A DNA stretch of 63,955 bases, counting the filler, from Nanobdellota archaeon (GTDB lineage Archaea; Nanobdellota; Nanobdellia; B33-G15), in the NCBI GenBank assembly GCA_003660925.1. It is 4 parts of 4 records of this genome, joined end to end, with 100 filler letters (N's around TTAATTAATTAA, not from the genome) between each part and the next. Parts side by side here need not be neighbours in the genome. Positions count along the whole stretch, not along the records: positions 20,875 to 40,766 come from QMVD01000007.1; positions 40,867 to 59,214 come from QMVD01000009.1; 2 more parts are not named here. The stretch is one strand, 5' to 3'. Position numbers and translations under genes: made by a program. This document shows positions 35,915-45,692 of the stretch, one piece after another; within the stretch, counting starts at the first letter, position 1; every line of letters starts with the position of its first letter. The notes beneath the pieces were generated by a model. That model was given only the letters and a program-made list of their open reading frames with translations. It searched no databases and had not been told where the DNA came from.

Positions 35915-37132
35915 ATGCTCATGAGGAAGTTGTACTATTTGTCAAGAGTTCTCAGACAACAATGGTACTCAAAAAGAAAGTTAGAAAAGTTGCAAAACAA
36001 GGCGCTCAGGGCAATCGTGGAACACGCGTACAGAACTGTCCCGTTCTACAGGAGAGTATTCAGCAAGCTTAAATTGAGGCCGAGTGATGTGCGAAGGAAA
36101 GAGGACTTAAAGAAATTGCCTGTGATCAACAAGGAAACCGTACTCAAGTACTACAAAGACTTCATGTCAAGGGCTTTTGGGAATACAAAAGAGATTTATC
36201 AAAGAACCAGTTCAGGCTCGAGCGGGACGCCTCTGAAGGTGCCTTTTGATTCCAGGGCGATTGACTACATGGAGGCTGTTTACGCAAGGGACCACTTCGC
36301 GGTAGGATACAGGCCGTGGTGGGAGCTTGCCTATTATTGGTATGAGCCATTCAAACCTAAACTCTACGAGAAGTTTGGGCTCATGAGGAAAAGATATATT
36401 CCGTGTAACCTGTCTCTAGAACAACAGCTAAAGATTTTGGAGGAAGCGAAACCAAAGGCCATTTACTACTATGCTACATCCATGTACTATCTCGCAAAAA
36501 AAGCGGAGGAACTAGGTGTTGAAATAAATCCAAAACTAATCATAACGCATGCTGAGATCTTAACTGAAAAAATGAGAAGGACAATCGAGGATGTCTTTAA
36601 AGCGCCTGTTTATGACCAATATGGCTCAACAGAGTTCATAAGAATGGCTTGGGAGTGCAAGGAAAGGATGGGATATCACATAGATGCTGATGCCGTCATC
36701 ATGGAATTCCTGAAAGATGGAGAGCCCGTTGAGGAAGAAAGGGGTTCTGTAGTGATCACGGGGTTGGTTAACTATTTTTTTCCGTTGATAAGATATGACC
36801 AGGGAGATATCGCAGTACCCTCAAACGAGAAGTGCGCTTGTGGTAGAAAGTTTCCAATGATTAAAAAAATAGAGGGAAGAAGGGAATACTTTCTTGGACG
36901 TGTATCCCCAAGAGAGTTGTTGGAAGTACTCTTCAAGCAAGACTCTGTCAAAATGTTTTACGTGGAGAAAAAAGAAGGGAAGTTGAATTTTAAAGTGGTT
37001 CCCGGAGAGGGTTTTAAAGAGAAAAAGTTGAGGAAAGTTTTGAAATCGCTCTTTAAAAAAAGAATCAGTATAGAAATAGTCAGTGATGTTAAAAAAAGCC
37101 CTAGAGGAAAATACAGGGTTTATGACTTCTGA
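35915..37132 (+). CDS. Phenylacetate-CoA ligase-like (PaaK/CapK) adenylate-forming enzyme
   Basis: HAYRTVPFY, TSSGSSGTP, YGSTE, PLIRYDQGD, CACGR, IEGR, GKYR. Confidence 0.9.
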   Translation: MLMRKLYYLSRVLRQQWYSKRKLEKLQNKALRAIVEHAYRTVPFYRRVFSKLKLRPSDVRRKEDLKKLPVINKETVLKYYKDFMSRAFGNTKEIYQRTSSGSSGTPLKVPFDSRAIDYMEAVYARDHFAVGYRPWWELAYYWYEPFKPKLYEKFGLMRKRYIPCNLSLEQQLKILEEAKPKAIYYYATSMYYLAKKAEELGVEINPKLIITHAEILTEKMRRTIEDVFKAPVYDQYGSTEFIRMAWECKERMGYHIDADAVIMEFLKDGEPVEEERGSVVITGLVNYFFPLIRYDQGDIAVPSNEKCACGRKFPMIKKIEGRREYFLGRVSPRELLEVLFKQDSVKMFYVEKKEGKLNFKVVPGEGFKEKKLRKVLKSLFKKRISIEIVSDVKKSPRGKYRVYDF

Positions 37133-37301
37133 AACTCGAAAACTAGTTTCGGAACGCTCTGTGCCTTGCTTCTCCCAAACAAGCCGTGTATCTTGTTACC
37201 AATAACTTCAAAAAATTGGAATAGCCTATCCAGCGGAGAGTCAAACATCAAGCTATCAAGAAAGGTTAAAATATATAAGCTTTATGACGTGATTTGTTCT
37301 C

Positions 37302-38798
37302 ATGAAAGTAACCTTAGTTAACACTCCAATTTTCTCGACCAAAACTCCACCATTAGCTTTGGGAATATTAACAGCAGTCTTAAAAAAAGAGGCTATAAAT
37401 GTCAAATTGCTCGATCTCAACATCAAATATTGTAAGGAAATTATGGAGTTGTTCAATAAAAGAAAGATAAGTTTAGGTAAGCTAAGAAGATTTGGCAAGG
37501 AATACGTGCTCAACAGCATCATTATGTTAATGGTGCTCGATAAAAAAGAAGAAGAATATGGAGTTTTCAAGAAGGTTTACAAAAAAATTAAGGATGACTT
37601 AGAAGGCTTATTCGGAGAAATGTGTGATGAAATACTTGCTACTTCACCCGATGTAGTTGGTTTTTCAGTCCTCGCTTTCCAATTATCATTCTCCTTGATG
37701 TTGGCAAAACTGATCAAGGAAAGACGCCCAAACTGTAAGGTCATCTTGGGAGGGGCTGATATGCTGTTTTCTGGTAACAAGATAATGGAGACGTTTGACT
37801 TCGTGGATTTTGTGAGCAAGAATGAAGGCGAAAATATGTTGCCAGCGTTCGTGAGAGCTTTGAAATATGGTAACTATGAAAAAGTGCCCGGCTTATTGTT
37901 TAGGAAGAAAGGAAGGATAATTGAAAACCCAAGGAAATTCGTCAAAGATCTGAACAAAGTCCCCTTCCCAAATTATGACGATCTGGATTTGATGCTTTAT
38001 AATGGGGGAGAGCCCATTTTCTTTATAGAGGGCAGTAGAGGGTGTCTCTACCGATGTGCCTTTTGTAGCCATCCCTTCGTGAGCCCAAAATTCAGGCACA
38101 AAAGCGCAAAAAGAGTTGTCGATGAGATGGAGTATTTACAAAGGAGGTACGGAGCAAATTACTTTTTCTTTTCAGATTCTTCCATTAATTTTGACAAGGG
38201 ATTCCTAAGAGAGTTGGCGGAAGAGCTGATTAAGAGAGACCTCAAAGTAAGGTGGTGCGCAACAGCAAAACCACTCGGAATTGATGAAGAGTTGGCTAAG
38301 TTGCTAAGAAAATCGAATTGTACGAGTCTCCAATTTGGTGTGGAAACAGGAAGTGACAGGGTCATGAAAGACATGAACAAAGGAACCACAGTCAAAATCG
38401 CAGAAAAGACGCTCAGGACGGTACACAAAGCGGGCATTGTAGTTGGTATTTACTTAATAGTTAGTTTCCCAACGGAGAGATTGATAGACCTTCTGAAAAC
38501 CTTTCTCTTCGTGCTCAGGAACAGGAAGTTCATATATCTCACTTCGGTTGCGTATTTTCAGTTAGTGATGTTCTCGCCTGTGTACAACAATCCAACTAAA
38601 TATGGGATTAAAAAGGTGGAGAGATTGTGTCCTTACCAAAGAAACGTTTTTGATGACTTTTTTTTCGTAAAGGGACATGAAGCCAGAAATGAATTAATCC
38701 CGAAAAGGGCGTTGAGAAAGCTTTTTGAGCTCTTATCAAACGTGATACTAACCAGCTGGACTAAGAAGAAAGGAGTAGACGTAAAATCGTACTACTAA
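37302..38798 (+). CDS. B12-binding-domain radical SAM protein
   Basis: PPLALGIL, VGFS, ILGG, EGE, SRGCLYRCAFC, GVETGS, FPTE. Visibly more AT-rich than the core genes. Confidence 0.92.
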   Translation: MKVTLVNTPIFSTKTPPLALGILTAVLKKEAINVKLLDLNIKYCKEIMELFNKRKISLGKLRRFGKEYVLNSIIMLMVLDKKEEEYGVFKKVYKKIKDDLEGLFGEMCDEILATSPDVVGFSVLAFQLSFSLMLAKLIKERRPNCKVILGGADMLFSGNKIMETFDFVDFVSKNEGENMLPAFVRALKYGNYEKVPGLLFRKKGRIIENPRKFVKDLNKVPFPNYDDLDLMLYNGGEPIFFIEGSRGCLYRCAFCSHPFVSPKFRHKSAKRVVDEMEYLQRRYGANYFFFSDSSINFDKGFLRELAEELIKRDLKVRWCATAKPLGIDEELAKLLRKSNCTSLQFGVETGSDRVMKDMNKGTTVKIAEKTLRTVHKAGIVVGIYLIVSFPTERLIDLLKTFLFVLRNRKFIYLTSVAYFQLVMFSPVYNNPTKYGIKKVERLCPYQRNVFDDFFFVKGHEARNELIPKRALRKLFELLSNVILTSWTKKKGVDVKSYY

Positions 38799-39631
38799 TG
38801 AAAATCTTAGTTACTGGTGGCACAGGGTTCGTGGGGAAGGAACTAGTTAAACTTTTAACTAAAAAGCATGAGGTGCGATGCCTCGTGAGGAGAAAAAGAG
38901 TAAAAAACGCAGAAAATTGGGTCGGAGATCTCACGGATAAGGAGAGTTTGAAAGGCATATGTGAAGGGATAAGGGTTGTCATACATTTGGCAACCGTGGG
39001 AGAAGTAAATGCTGTGTCCAAAAGGCATTATGAGAAATGTCTCAAAACAAATGTTCAGGGCCTGAAAAATTTGCTCAGAGAATGTGAGGGAGTTGAAAGG
39101 ATAATCATGTTGAGTAGTTTAATCGTCAAAAAACCCTACCATTCAGCCTATGGAGATACGAAGAAAATGGCTGAAGAAGTGTTAACTTCCTCCAGTCTTC
39201 CTCACACTATAATCAGAGTTCCACTGATTTGCGATTGGAAAGAGCCAAAGGGGGAATTCAAAAGAATAGTCAAAATGGTGAAAAGAGGTTACATCTTCAT
39301 GCTCGACCATGGAAGGTATTCAATAGATTTCGTGTCTAGGAACAAGGTCGTTGAGGAAATCCTAAAAGAGGTCGAGACGAGTTCGAAGTGTAAAAGAAAA
39401 GTGATTGAGATAGTGGGAAAGAGCTTAAATTTCAATGAATTTGTCGAAAGGGTAATGGAAAAGTATGAGAAGAAAAAGGTAAAGCGCATTAAACTACCAT
39501 TCGTTTTGGCGTCCCCTTTCATCTTCCTAGCCGACTTGTTTGCGAGATTCTTTGGGTTCGTCCCTCCAATTTCTTTTGGGAGAGCTAAATATCTGCATGA
39601 GCAGGACAAGAATGCGCCGGCCGGGATTTGA
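38798..39631 (+). CDS. NAD-dependent epimerase/dehydratase (extended SDR)
   Basis: ILVTGGTGFVG, HLA, NV, SS, YGDTK (YxxxK). Confidence 0.9.
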   Translation: MKILVTGGTGFVGKELVKLLTKKHEVRCLVRRKRVKNAENWVGDLTDKESLKGICEGIRVVIHLATVGEVNAVSKRHYEKCLKTNVQGLKNLLRECEGVERIIMLSSLIVKKPYHSAYGDTKKMAEEVLTSSSLPHTIIRVPLICDWKEPKGEFKRIVKMVKRGYIFMLDHGRYSIDFVSRNKVVEEILKEVETSSKCKRKVIEIVGKSLNFNEFVERVMEKYEKKKVKRIKLPFVLASPFIFLADLFARFFGFVPPISFGRAKYLHEQDKNAPAGI

Positions 39632-39685
39632 ACCCGGGTCGCCACCGTGGCAGGGTGGTGTCCTACCAGACTAGACTACCGGCGC
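39613..39685 (-). tRNA. tRNA-Gly(GCC)
   Basis: Acceptor stem GCGCCGG/CCGGCGC, anticodon arm CCACC-CTGCCAC-GGTGG, T arm CCGGG-TTCAAAT-CCCGG. Confidence 0.97.
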
Positions 39686-39710
39686 ATGAGAAGGAAGAGG
39701 AAATGTCAAC

Positions 39711-39724
39711 ATTTTAAACCTTTA
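39711..39724 (-). promoter_or_regulatory. BRE/TATA promoter of tRNA-Gly
   Basis: Minus strand AAAAGGTTTAAAAT about 26 nt upstream of the tRNA 5' end. Similar boxes lie upstream of the other tRNAs. Confidence 0.6.
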
Positions 39725-40408
39725 CTTCTCTGCTACCCAAAACGTGTAACAGAAGGGCCAGATCAACTCGTAAACGAGTTCGTGTTTAAATCTGTTCCTC
39801 GATTTGTCTAAGAGGTTCAGGGGGATCACTTTCAGCCTCTTGAACCCCGCCCGCTTGAGGAGGTTTCTCATCTCGAAAGGATTGAAGAAATGAAAGAAGA
39901 GGGGTTTATCGACTTCTATGTCCATTAATTTTCTCACCCGCATGACGCAATCGCTCCTCCACTTGAAGGGATAAAATCTGGAGTGAAATGAAGTGAAGAA
40001 CAATCCTCCCTCCACGAGGCTATCGTGAGCTACCTTCACGATTCTCTCTCTGATGACTCTCTCCTCTACATGTTCAAGTGAGTTCTCCATCAAGAGGACG
40101 TAGTCGAACGTCTCGGGGGAACTGAAGTCCCTCGCATCCATCTTCACGAACCTAACTTTCAATCCCTCAACCCTTGCTTTTCTCCTGCCCGCTTTGATCA
40201 TCTCCTCGCTGTTATCCACTACAGTCACATCAAAACCTCTTTCAGCGAGATAGAGTGCTACCCTTCCGGCTCCACCACATAAATCCAGCACCTTCCCCTT
40301 CTTTCTCATAAAACGTTTGAGGAGTTCTTTCTCCGCTGGGAGTGGACCATGGGTCAGATAATACGAAATCACCTTCTTGTCAGAGAAGAATTCCTCCACT
40401 ACCCCCAT
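39722..40408 (-). CDS. Class I SAM-dependent methyltransferase
   Basis: VLDLCGGAGR, VDNSEEMI, DAR, FDYV, LVEGG. Confidence 0.9.
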   Translation of the reverse strand: MGVVEEFFSDKKVISYYLTHGPLPAEKELLKRFMRKKGKVLDLCGGAGRVALYLAERGFDVTVVDNSEEMIKAGRRKARVEGLKVRFVKMDARDFSSPETFDYVLLMENSLEHVEERVIRERIVKVAHDSLVEGGLFFTSFHSRFYPFKWRSDCVMRVRKLMDIEVDKPLFFHFFNPFEMRNLLKRAGFKRLKVIPLNLLDKSRNRFKHELVYELIWPFCYTFWVAEK

Positions 40409-40456
40409 AAAAAGGAAGGAAGTGGATTATTTAAATGATTGGCGAAAAAATTCTCC

Positions 40457-40766
40457 ATGCGTGTGGCCCTAGCAAATTTCCCTTTCGAAAGACCGGTAGT
40501 GAGAAGATACAGATGCGAGGTATTCACAAAAGCTTACTTGTTCCCACCCATGCCCCTCCTATATCTGGCCTCTGTGGCGAGGAAGGAGCACGATGTGTTC
40601 TTCCTCGATTGTGTGGCGGAAAAAGTAGGAGAAGAAGAACTTTTTAAGGAACTTTCGGAGTTCGAACCGGATATACTCATTTTCCTGTCGGGGTTTGAGA
40701 GCTTGAAATACGAAATAGGGCTAGCAAGGAGAATAAAGAGGGAAATCGGGTGTAAGGTGGGATGTG
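40457..40766 (+). CDS. B12-binding radical SAM protein, N-terminal fragment (contig end)
   Basis: MRVALANFP...FPPMPLLYLAS...FFLDCVAE...EPDILI parallels the N-terminus of 32716-34131. Confidence 0.75.
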
Positions 40767-40866
40767 NNNNNNNNNNNNNNNNNNNNNNNNNNNNNNNNNN
40801 NNNNNNNNNNTTAATTAATTAANNNNNNNNNNNNNNNNNNNNNNNNNNNNNNNNNNNNNNNNNNNN
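40767..40866. other. Artificial contig linker
   Basis: N-TTAATTAATTAA-N. Confidence 0.98.
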
Positions 40867-41093
40867 ATCTCATACCCCGCTTCTTTCAAGGCCTTCAGGA
40901 TCGTCTCGGTCCTCGCACCCTTATTTATGTCCAGCTTTTTAGGAGTCGGTTCCAAGTGATCTATGTTACATCTCCTCCGCTTGACGTTCCCATCTATGAG
41001 GACGAAGTTCTCGTCCAAAATGTCCACGATGACGCATACCTTTCCTCTTTCCCTCCCGGCAGTTTTCATGCAGATCCTTCCGATTTCCATCAT
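40867..41093 (-). CDS. rpl14e: 50S ribosomal protein eL14, 3'-truncated
   Basis: EIGRICMKTAGRERG...VKRRRCNIDHLEPT. Confidence 0.95.
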
Positions 41094-41629
41094 TTCTTAT
41101 CCCTCCTCAACAGGGTTTTCACGATGTATTCGATGATTTTTTTATTTTCCTCCATATCCCAAATGGAGGTGTCCATGACCACGTGGTAGGGACTCAAGTC
41201 GTTGAAGTCAATCCCATATTCCTTTAAGTATCTTTTCGTGTACCTTTCCCTCCTCTTGGTGTGTTCCAACGCTTTCTTCAAGGGGACTCTTTCCCTTTCC
41301 GCGATGCGCTTCGCGGCCACTTTCAATGGGACTCTCAGAAATATCTTGAGGTCCGCCTTCTTGACCACATGACCTGCTATCCATCCCTCTATCACCACGT
41401 TCCCTTTCCTTGCCTCTCTTTTCACCCTGTTATCGACCTTCCTGTCTATCTCTGGGTGCTTCTCCACGTACTCATGCCATTTTATGAAGTCCTCAAAACC
41501 ATGTTTTTTAGCGAGCTCCCTGAAATAATTTCCAGCCGAGAAGTATCGTAACTTGAATTTCTCCGCCAAGTGCTTCGCGACGGTGGTCTTCCCTGCTCCT
41601 GCGGAACCCGATATCACTATGAGAACCAT
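41090..41629 (-). CDS. cmk: Cytidylate kinase (archaeal type)
   Basis: ISGSAGAGKTT, SAGNYFR, IDRKVD, RIAERE, YGID, in the conserved position. Confidence 0.92.
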   Translation of the reverse strand: MVLIVISGSAGAGKTTVAKHLAEKFKLRYFSAGNYFRELAKKHGFEDFIKWHEYVEKHPEIDRKVDNRVKREARKGNVVIEGWIAGHVVKKADLKIFLRVPLKVAAKRIAERERVPLKKALEHTKRRERYTKRYLKEYGIDFNDLSPYHVVMDTSIWDMEENKKIIEYIVKTLLRRDKK

Positions 41630-42039
41630 CTTTCAACCCTCCTCATCACAGAGGAGAATATCATGTAGGATATTAAATAAGTTAGCAACCACCCTACATC
41701 ATTCCCTATCACTGGGAGGCTGAAAGGCAAAACGATGAAAGCCGGGACGTTCTGATACCTGGATTTCATGAAGAGAAATAATAAGAGGAATGGAATGAAA
41801 GTGAAGAGAGAGGGGAGTAGTTCCAACTTGGATAGTTGTAGGCTCAAATCCAATTGTTTCTCACTCAGTTCCGCATAGGTTTTTGTTCCTCTTTTCACCT
41901 TCTTTAACTTCTCTCTGATCTCTTTCGCCTTTCTTTTCAACTCTTCGAGCTTCTTCCTATCAACTGTCTTAATATAAACCAATCTAGAGAATGTGGCTGC
42001 CAAGAAGGAAATCACCAAGATCTCAATCACAGGATGCAT
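41617..42039 (-). CDS. DUF106 / EMC3-TMCO1 (Oxa1 superfamily) membrane protein
   Basis: TM, coiled coil, TM, GWLLTY; directly after secY. Start placed at ATG 42039. Confidence 0.85.
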   Translation of the reverse strand: MHPVIEILVISFLAATFSRLVYIKTVDRKKLEELKRKAKEIREKLKKVKRGTKTYAELSEKQLDLSLQLSKLELLPSLFTFIPFLLLFLFMKSRYQNVPAFIVLPFSLPVIGNDVGWLLTYLISYMIFSSVMRRVERWFS

Positions 42040-42043
42040 GGCA

Positions 42044-43408
42044 TCACCTGAAGAAGCTTGCCATCCATGGTGGTAATTCCTTAGCATATTGTCTCCTGAT
42101 GATCTCATAAAAGTTATATATAATCATGACGGTCAGCAAGATCCCCGTCCCTCTCGAGAGAGCATCGAAGAGATCAGCGATTACTGCCAAGAACCCGACG
42201 GAGAAACCACCCATGACAGCTAAGGGATTTATATATCTGGATAAGATGTGCTCTAAAATTCTCCTATCACTCCTGAATCCGGGAATGGTCAGATTGTATT
42301 CCAGAATTTGGTCAGCAATGGTACTTGCATCTTGTCCCCCTATCTGGACCCAAAGGACCGAGAAGAGGACGGAACCACCCAACATGAAAAGGGCATAGAC
42401 CAAGAGGGAGAGAAAGTCATCCGTAGTTGGTGAGAAGATGAGAGAGCTTATTCTGGGAGGAGTGAGATATTTCACCAACCCACTTTCCGGGACCTCAGTC
42501 CCTCCTTGTTGAGTGAAGGTGCCAAGGATGGGGACGCCTGCATGGTAGAGCATAGATCCCCAGACTTGGAGGCTCACTAACAAAGAGGCAGTCAAGATGA
42601 CGGGGATGTTGCTGGTGTAAACAAAACTCAGGGGCCACTTGAGGCTGAAACCCCTTATTCTCCCGAAACTCAAAGGGATCTCCACCTTTATGGATTGTAA
42701 GTAGATGGAGAGGGCGAAGACAAACAAAGTCGAGAGGATAGTTATCAGGGGCAGGAAGGCTTGGGTCACGAACCCTTGAGCTATGAGGGCGAACACTTGT
42801 AACACCCTCCCCACTGGTAATCCCGTAGGGGACTCGAAAGGGGAGAAGGCATTCACGAATATCTGCCTACTCACTCCAGCAGCGATGAAGAGAGATATCC
42901 CAGAACCTATCCCCCACTTGGAGACGATTTCATCCAAGAACATCAGCAACAATCCTGCTAGGATGAGCTGAAGAGCCAAGAGGGAGCGGTAGTAAAGAGT
43001 GGGTTGAATAGGTGGAAGAGCTCCCGAAAAGGCGTATATCCCGTTCTCGAACACTATGAAGAAAATGGAGAATAACTTCTGAAGCCCCTGGTACAATGCC
43101 CTTCCCTCCCTTGTTTTTGTGTCTATGTTTATCACCTCTGCACCCACTAGTAGTTGGAGTATGATGCTTCCCGTGACTATGGGGCCTATACCCAAGGTTA
43201 TGAGCGAACCGAAATTAGCTGCCAGAAGGATAGAGAGGGTCTGGAACCTGGCCACGTAAGTAGGACTCAAACCATATAAAGGGACCATGGATAAAGCAAA
43301 GTACAATAAAAGGACGATCCCTGTCCACTTCAACCTCTCCTCGAAGTTAAGCCTTCTATCAGGAGCCCTCACCTCTGGGAGGTTCTTGAGGAACTCCTCA
43401 AATTTCAA
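42044..43408 (-). CDS. secY: Preprotein translocase SecY
   Basis: [53 protein letters not shown] start inferred. Confidence 0.97.
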   Translation of the reverse strand: MKFEEFLKNLPEVRAPDRRLNFEERLKWTGIVLLLYFALSMVPLYGLSPTYVARFQTLSILLAANFGSLITLGIGPIVTGSIILQLLVGAEVINIDTKTREGRALYQGLQKLFSIFFIVFENGIYAFSGALPPIQPTLYYRSLLALQLILAGLLLMFLDEIVSKWGIGSGISLFIAAGVSRQIFVNAFSPFESPTGLPVGRVLQVFALIAQGFVTQAFLPLITILSTLFVFALSIYLQSIKVEIPLSFGRIRGFSLKWPLSFVYTSNIPVILTASLLVSLQVWGSMLYHAGVPILGTFTQQGGTEVPESGLVKYLTPPRISSLIFSPTTDDFLSLLVYALFMLGGSVLFSVLWVQIGGQDASTIADQILEYNLTIPGFRSDRRILEHILSRYINPLAVMGGFSVGFLAVIADLFDALSRGTGILLTVMIIYNFYEIIRRQYAKELPPWMASFFR

Positions 43409-43754
43409 TCCACTTCCCTCCAGCTTTTTCGATCTTTTCCTTCGCGCGTTGAGTGAAGGCACTTGCCTTCACTGTGAAAGCCCCAGAAAGTTCTCCTTTC
43501 CCCAACACCTTATAACCCTTCAATTCTACATTTCCTCTTATCTCTCCTAAGTTTATCTCCTTCAACTTCTTTTTCTCGTAGATGCTCTTGAACCCCCTCT
43601 TCCTCTCCTCTTTTATGAACTTCAACTTCTTTTGCTTCCCCCTTTTTCCCCACCCTGCTCTCCCTCTCCCTCCTCTACTGCCTGCTCCTCTTCTCCTCAC
43701 TCCTAATCTCCTCGAATATCCCCTCTTCTTCTTCGCCTTCTTCGAGAGACCCAT
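43398..43754 (-). CDS. rpl15: 50S ribosomal protein uL15
   Basis: [29 protein letters not shown]. Confidence 0.95.
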   Translation of the reverse strand: MGLSKKAKKKRGYSRRLGVRRRGAGSRGGRGRAGWGKRGKQKKLKFIKEERKRGFKSIYEKKKLKEINLGEIRGNVELKGYKVLGKGELSGAFTVKASAFTQRAKEKIEKAGGKWIEI

Positions 43755-44090
43755 TCACATCATCCTCCTTATGAGGGAATCCATCTCCTCCCTTTGGCCC
43801 AACTCACCCAATGGTCTTAAGAGCTTTATGCTCCGCTTGAATCCGCCCCTCGGAGGTTTTAATCTGTACACCTTCTGCTCCCCATACTTCTGGATGAGCT
43901 CCTTCCTCAACTCCTCACTTATTTTACCATAAGTGACGTAATGCTGGACCTTCTTGAGCATTCCCATGATCTCGGGCCTTTCCTCCAAGATGACGAGGTT
44001 GAACTTCCTTTTCAGATTCAACCTCCGCAAAGTCTCTATCACATCCTTCCTCGCCCTCACATATCCTCTTATGAGGACCGCCGCTATCAT
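43755..44090 (-). CDS. rpl30: 50S ribosomal protein uL30
   Basis: MIAAVLIRG...TLRRLNL...GMLKKVQHYVTYG...RLKPPRGG. Confidence 0.95.
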   Translation of the reverse strand: MIAAVLIRGYVRARKDVIETLRRLNLKRKFNLVILEERPEIMGMLKKVQHYVTYGKISEELRKELIQKYGEQKVYRLKPPRGGFKRSIKLLRPLGELGQREEMDSLIRRMM

Positions 44091-44770
44091 ACCTCTCCCT
44101 CCACTACCCCTGCGAACTTCTTGAAGGATTCTGGGACTTTCGTCTCCTTCAACTGCTTGAGAGCGTTGAAAGTGGCATATAACAAGTTTATCCTCGTCCT
44201 CGTTTGACCGAAGGACCTCCCCCAAACGTCCTTGACCCCGGCCAATTCGAACAAGATCTTACACTCATCATGCACCGCGAGCCCCACTCCTTTTGGGGCA
44301 GGTATGAACTCCACCCTGACCGAACCGCTCCTCCCCCTTATCTTAAAAGGAATGGAGTGAGGCGTCCCACAACCACACTGCCAGGAACCGCACCCTCTCC
44401 TTATCTTTATCAGGTTGAGCTTCGCCTCCCTTATCGCTTTCTCCCTGGCTGGCATGGTCTCGCTCGAGGCACCGAAGCCTAACCCTATATAGCCGTTCCT
44501 GTTCCCAACGACTGCCATGACGGAAAACTTCGGCTTGTTTCCGTCCTCCGTCTTCCTTTGGGTCACCCTGAAAGGCTTCCTCCTTCCCCCTCCGAACTTT
44601 CCCTTCGCCTGACCTATGTTGAGGAGCTGTACCTCTAAATTAGGGATGAGCTTATCAACTATTTCAGGTTCCTTTATCCTAATTCCTCTATCCAAGATCT
44701 CATCTATGTGCTTTATCTTCCCCTCATACACCAGCTTTCCCAATTCCGTCCTCGGGATCCACTCGTTCAT
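44087..44770 (-). CDS. rps5: 30S ribosomal protein uS5
   Basis: WIPRTELG, VGNRNGYIG, RRGCGSW, PAPKG. Confidence 0.97.
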   Translation of the reverse strand: MNEWIPRTELGKLVYEGKIKHIDEILDRGIRIKEPEIVDKLIPNLEVQLLNIGQAKGKFGGGRRKPFRVTQRKTEDGNKPKFSVMAVVGNRNGYIGLGFGASSETMPAREKAIREAKLNLIKIRRGCGSWQCGCGTPHSIPFKIRGRSGSVRVEFIPAPKGVGLAVHDECKILFELAGVKDVWGRSFGQTRTRINLLYATFNALKQLKETKVPESFKKFAGVVEGEV

Positions 44771-45252
44771 TTCAACCTCCCTTTCACCTCTTCGAAGAGC
44801 TTCACGACCTCATCATTTATATGTTTCCCCTTGATCCTGTCCTCTGGAGGGAGAACCTCTTCATCGTGGGGTATCTTCATCCCTGCATCCAAAGCCCCCT
44901 TCAAAGCAGCATATATCCTGGAGCCCTTGGTGGAAGGGTAAAGTCCCATGTCGAGTATGGCTTCTTTCTTTCCAACCAGCTTCCCGAGCAGATAGCCCGT
45001 CAAGTAAGCAGCAGGTAAGTTCTTAAAACTCCCCTTCCACCCGTATTTCGCCAGCACCTTGGAGTTCACCTGCTTCAACACTTTATCCTGTCCTTCCTTG
45101 GAGACTACGTACTGACATATGATGTACTTATTGGTCTTCCTCACCACGAACCTGGGTTTCCCTGAGAGGAGGAGCTTGAGCCTCTTCCTGTAATCGGTCT
45201 TTCCCTCCCTTCTCCTCCTGTGCTTCACCACGTAAGTAGGTTTCATCTTCAT
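44767..45252 (-). CDS. rpl18: 50S ribosomal protein uL18
   Basis: RRRREGKTDYRKRL, NLPAAYLTG, GALDAG. Confidence 0.97.
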   Translation of the reverse strand: MKMKPTYVVKHRRRREGKTDYRKRLKLLLSGKPRFVVRKTNKYIICQYVVSKEGQDKVLKQVNSKVLAKYGWKGSFKNLPAAYLTGYLLGKLVGKKEAILDMGLYPSTKGSRIYAALKGALDAGMKIPHDEEVLPPEDRIKGKHINDEVVKLFEEVKGRLK

Positions 45253-45692
45253 TTGCTCACCTTCTCGAGATATAACTTTATGTGACTGACCGACCTGAAG
45301 AATCCTCCTTTCACCTTTTTGTATAACTCCTTGAACATACGCTTGTTTATCTTCCCCTTCTCCTTGAGGGCCTTGAGGAACTTCCTCTGGGCCCTCACCG
45401 CCCTCATCCACCTCTCCTTCCTGCTGAGCTTTGAGTAGTACTTCCCCTTCCTGCTCCCGGGCCCCCTCCTCCTTCCCTTCTTCTTCTGCTCCTTCAGCTT
45501 CCTCGCCCTTCCCCTGCTTATCCCCCTTGGCTTCTCTATAATGATGGCCCCCGATTTTATCAGGGCCCTCACGTCCTCCCTGGTTATGGCCTCCTTGATC
45601 TCCTTCAGCCTCTCTGGGTCGAATTTCACCCTACTCTTACCTACCCCAGCGATTTCGGCTGCCAACCTCCTCTGCAATTCCAAGCTCCTCAT
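45249..45692 (-). CDS. rpl19e: 50S ribosomal protein eL19
   Basis: QRRLAA, AITREDV, GRRRGPGSRKG, KGGFF. Confidence 0.97.
   Translation of the reverse strand: MRSLELQRRLAAEIAGVGKSRVKFDPERLKEIKEAITREDVRALIKSGAIIIEKPRGISRGRARKLKEQKKKGRRRGPGSRKGKYYSKLSRKERWMRAVRAQRKFLKALKEKGKINKRMFKELYKKVKGGFFRSVSHIKLYLEKVSK

Noticed and set aside
35915..37132. Phenylacetate catabolism
   Set aside because: No other paa genes are present. The context of glycosyltransferases and radical SAMs fits the CapK-like, polysaccharide-associated subgroup.
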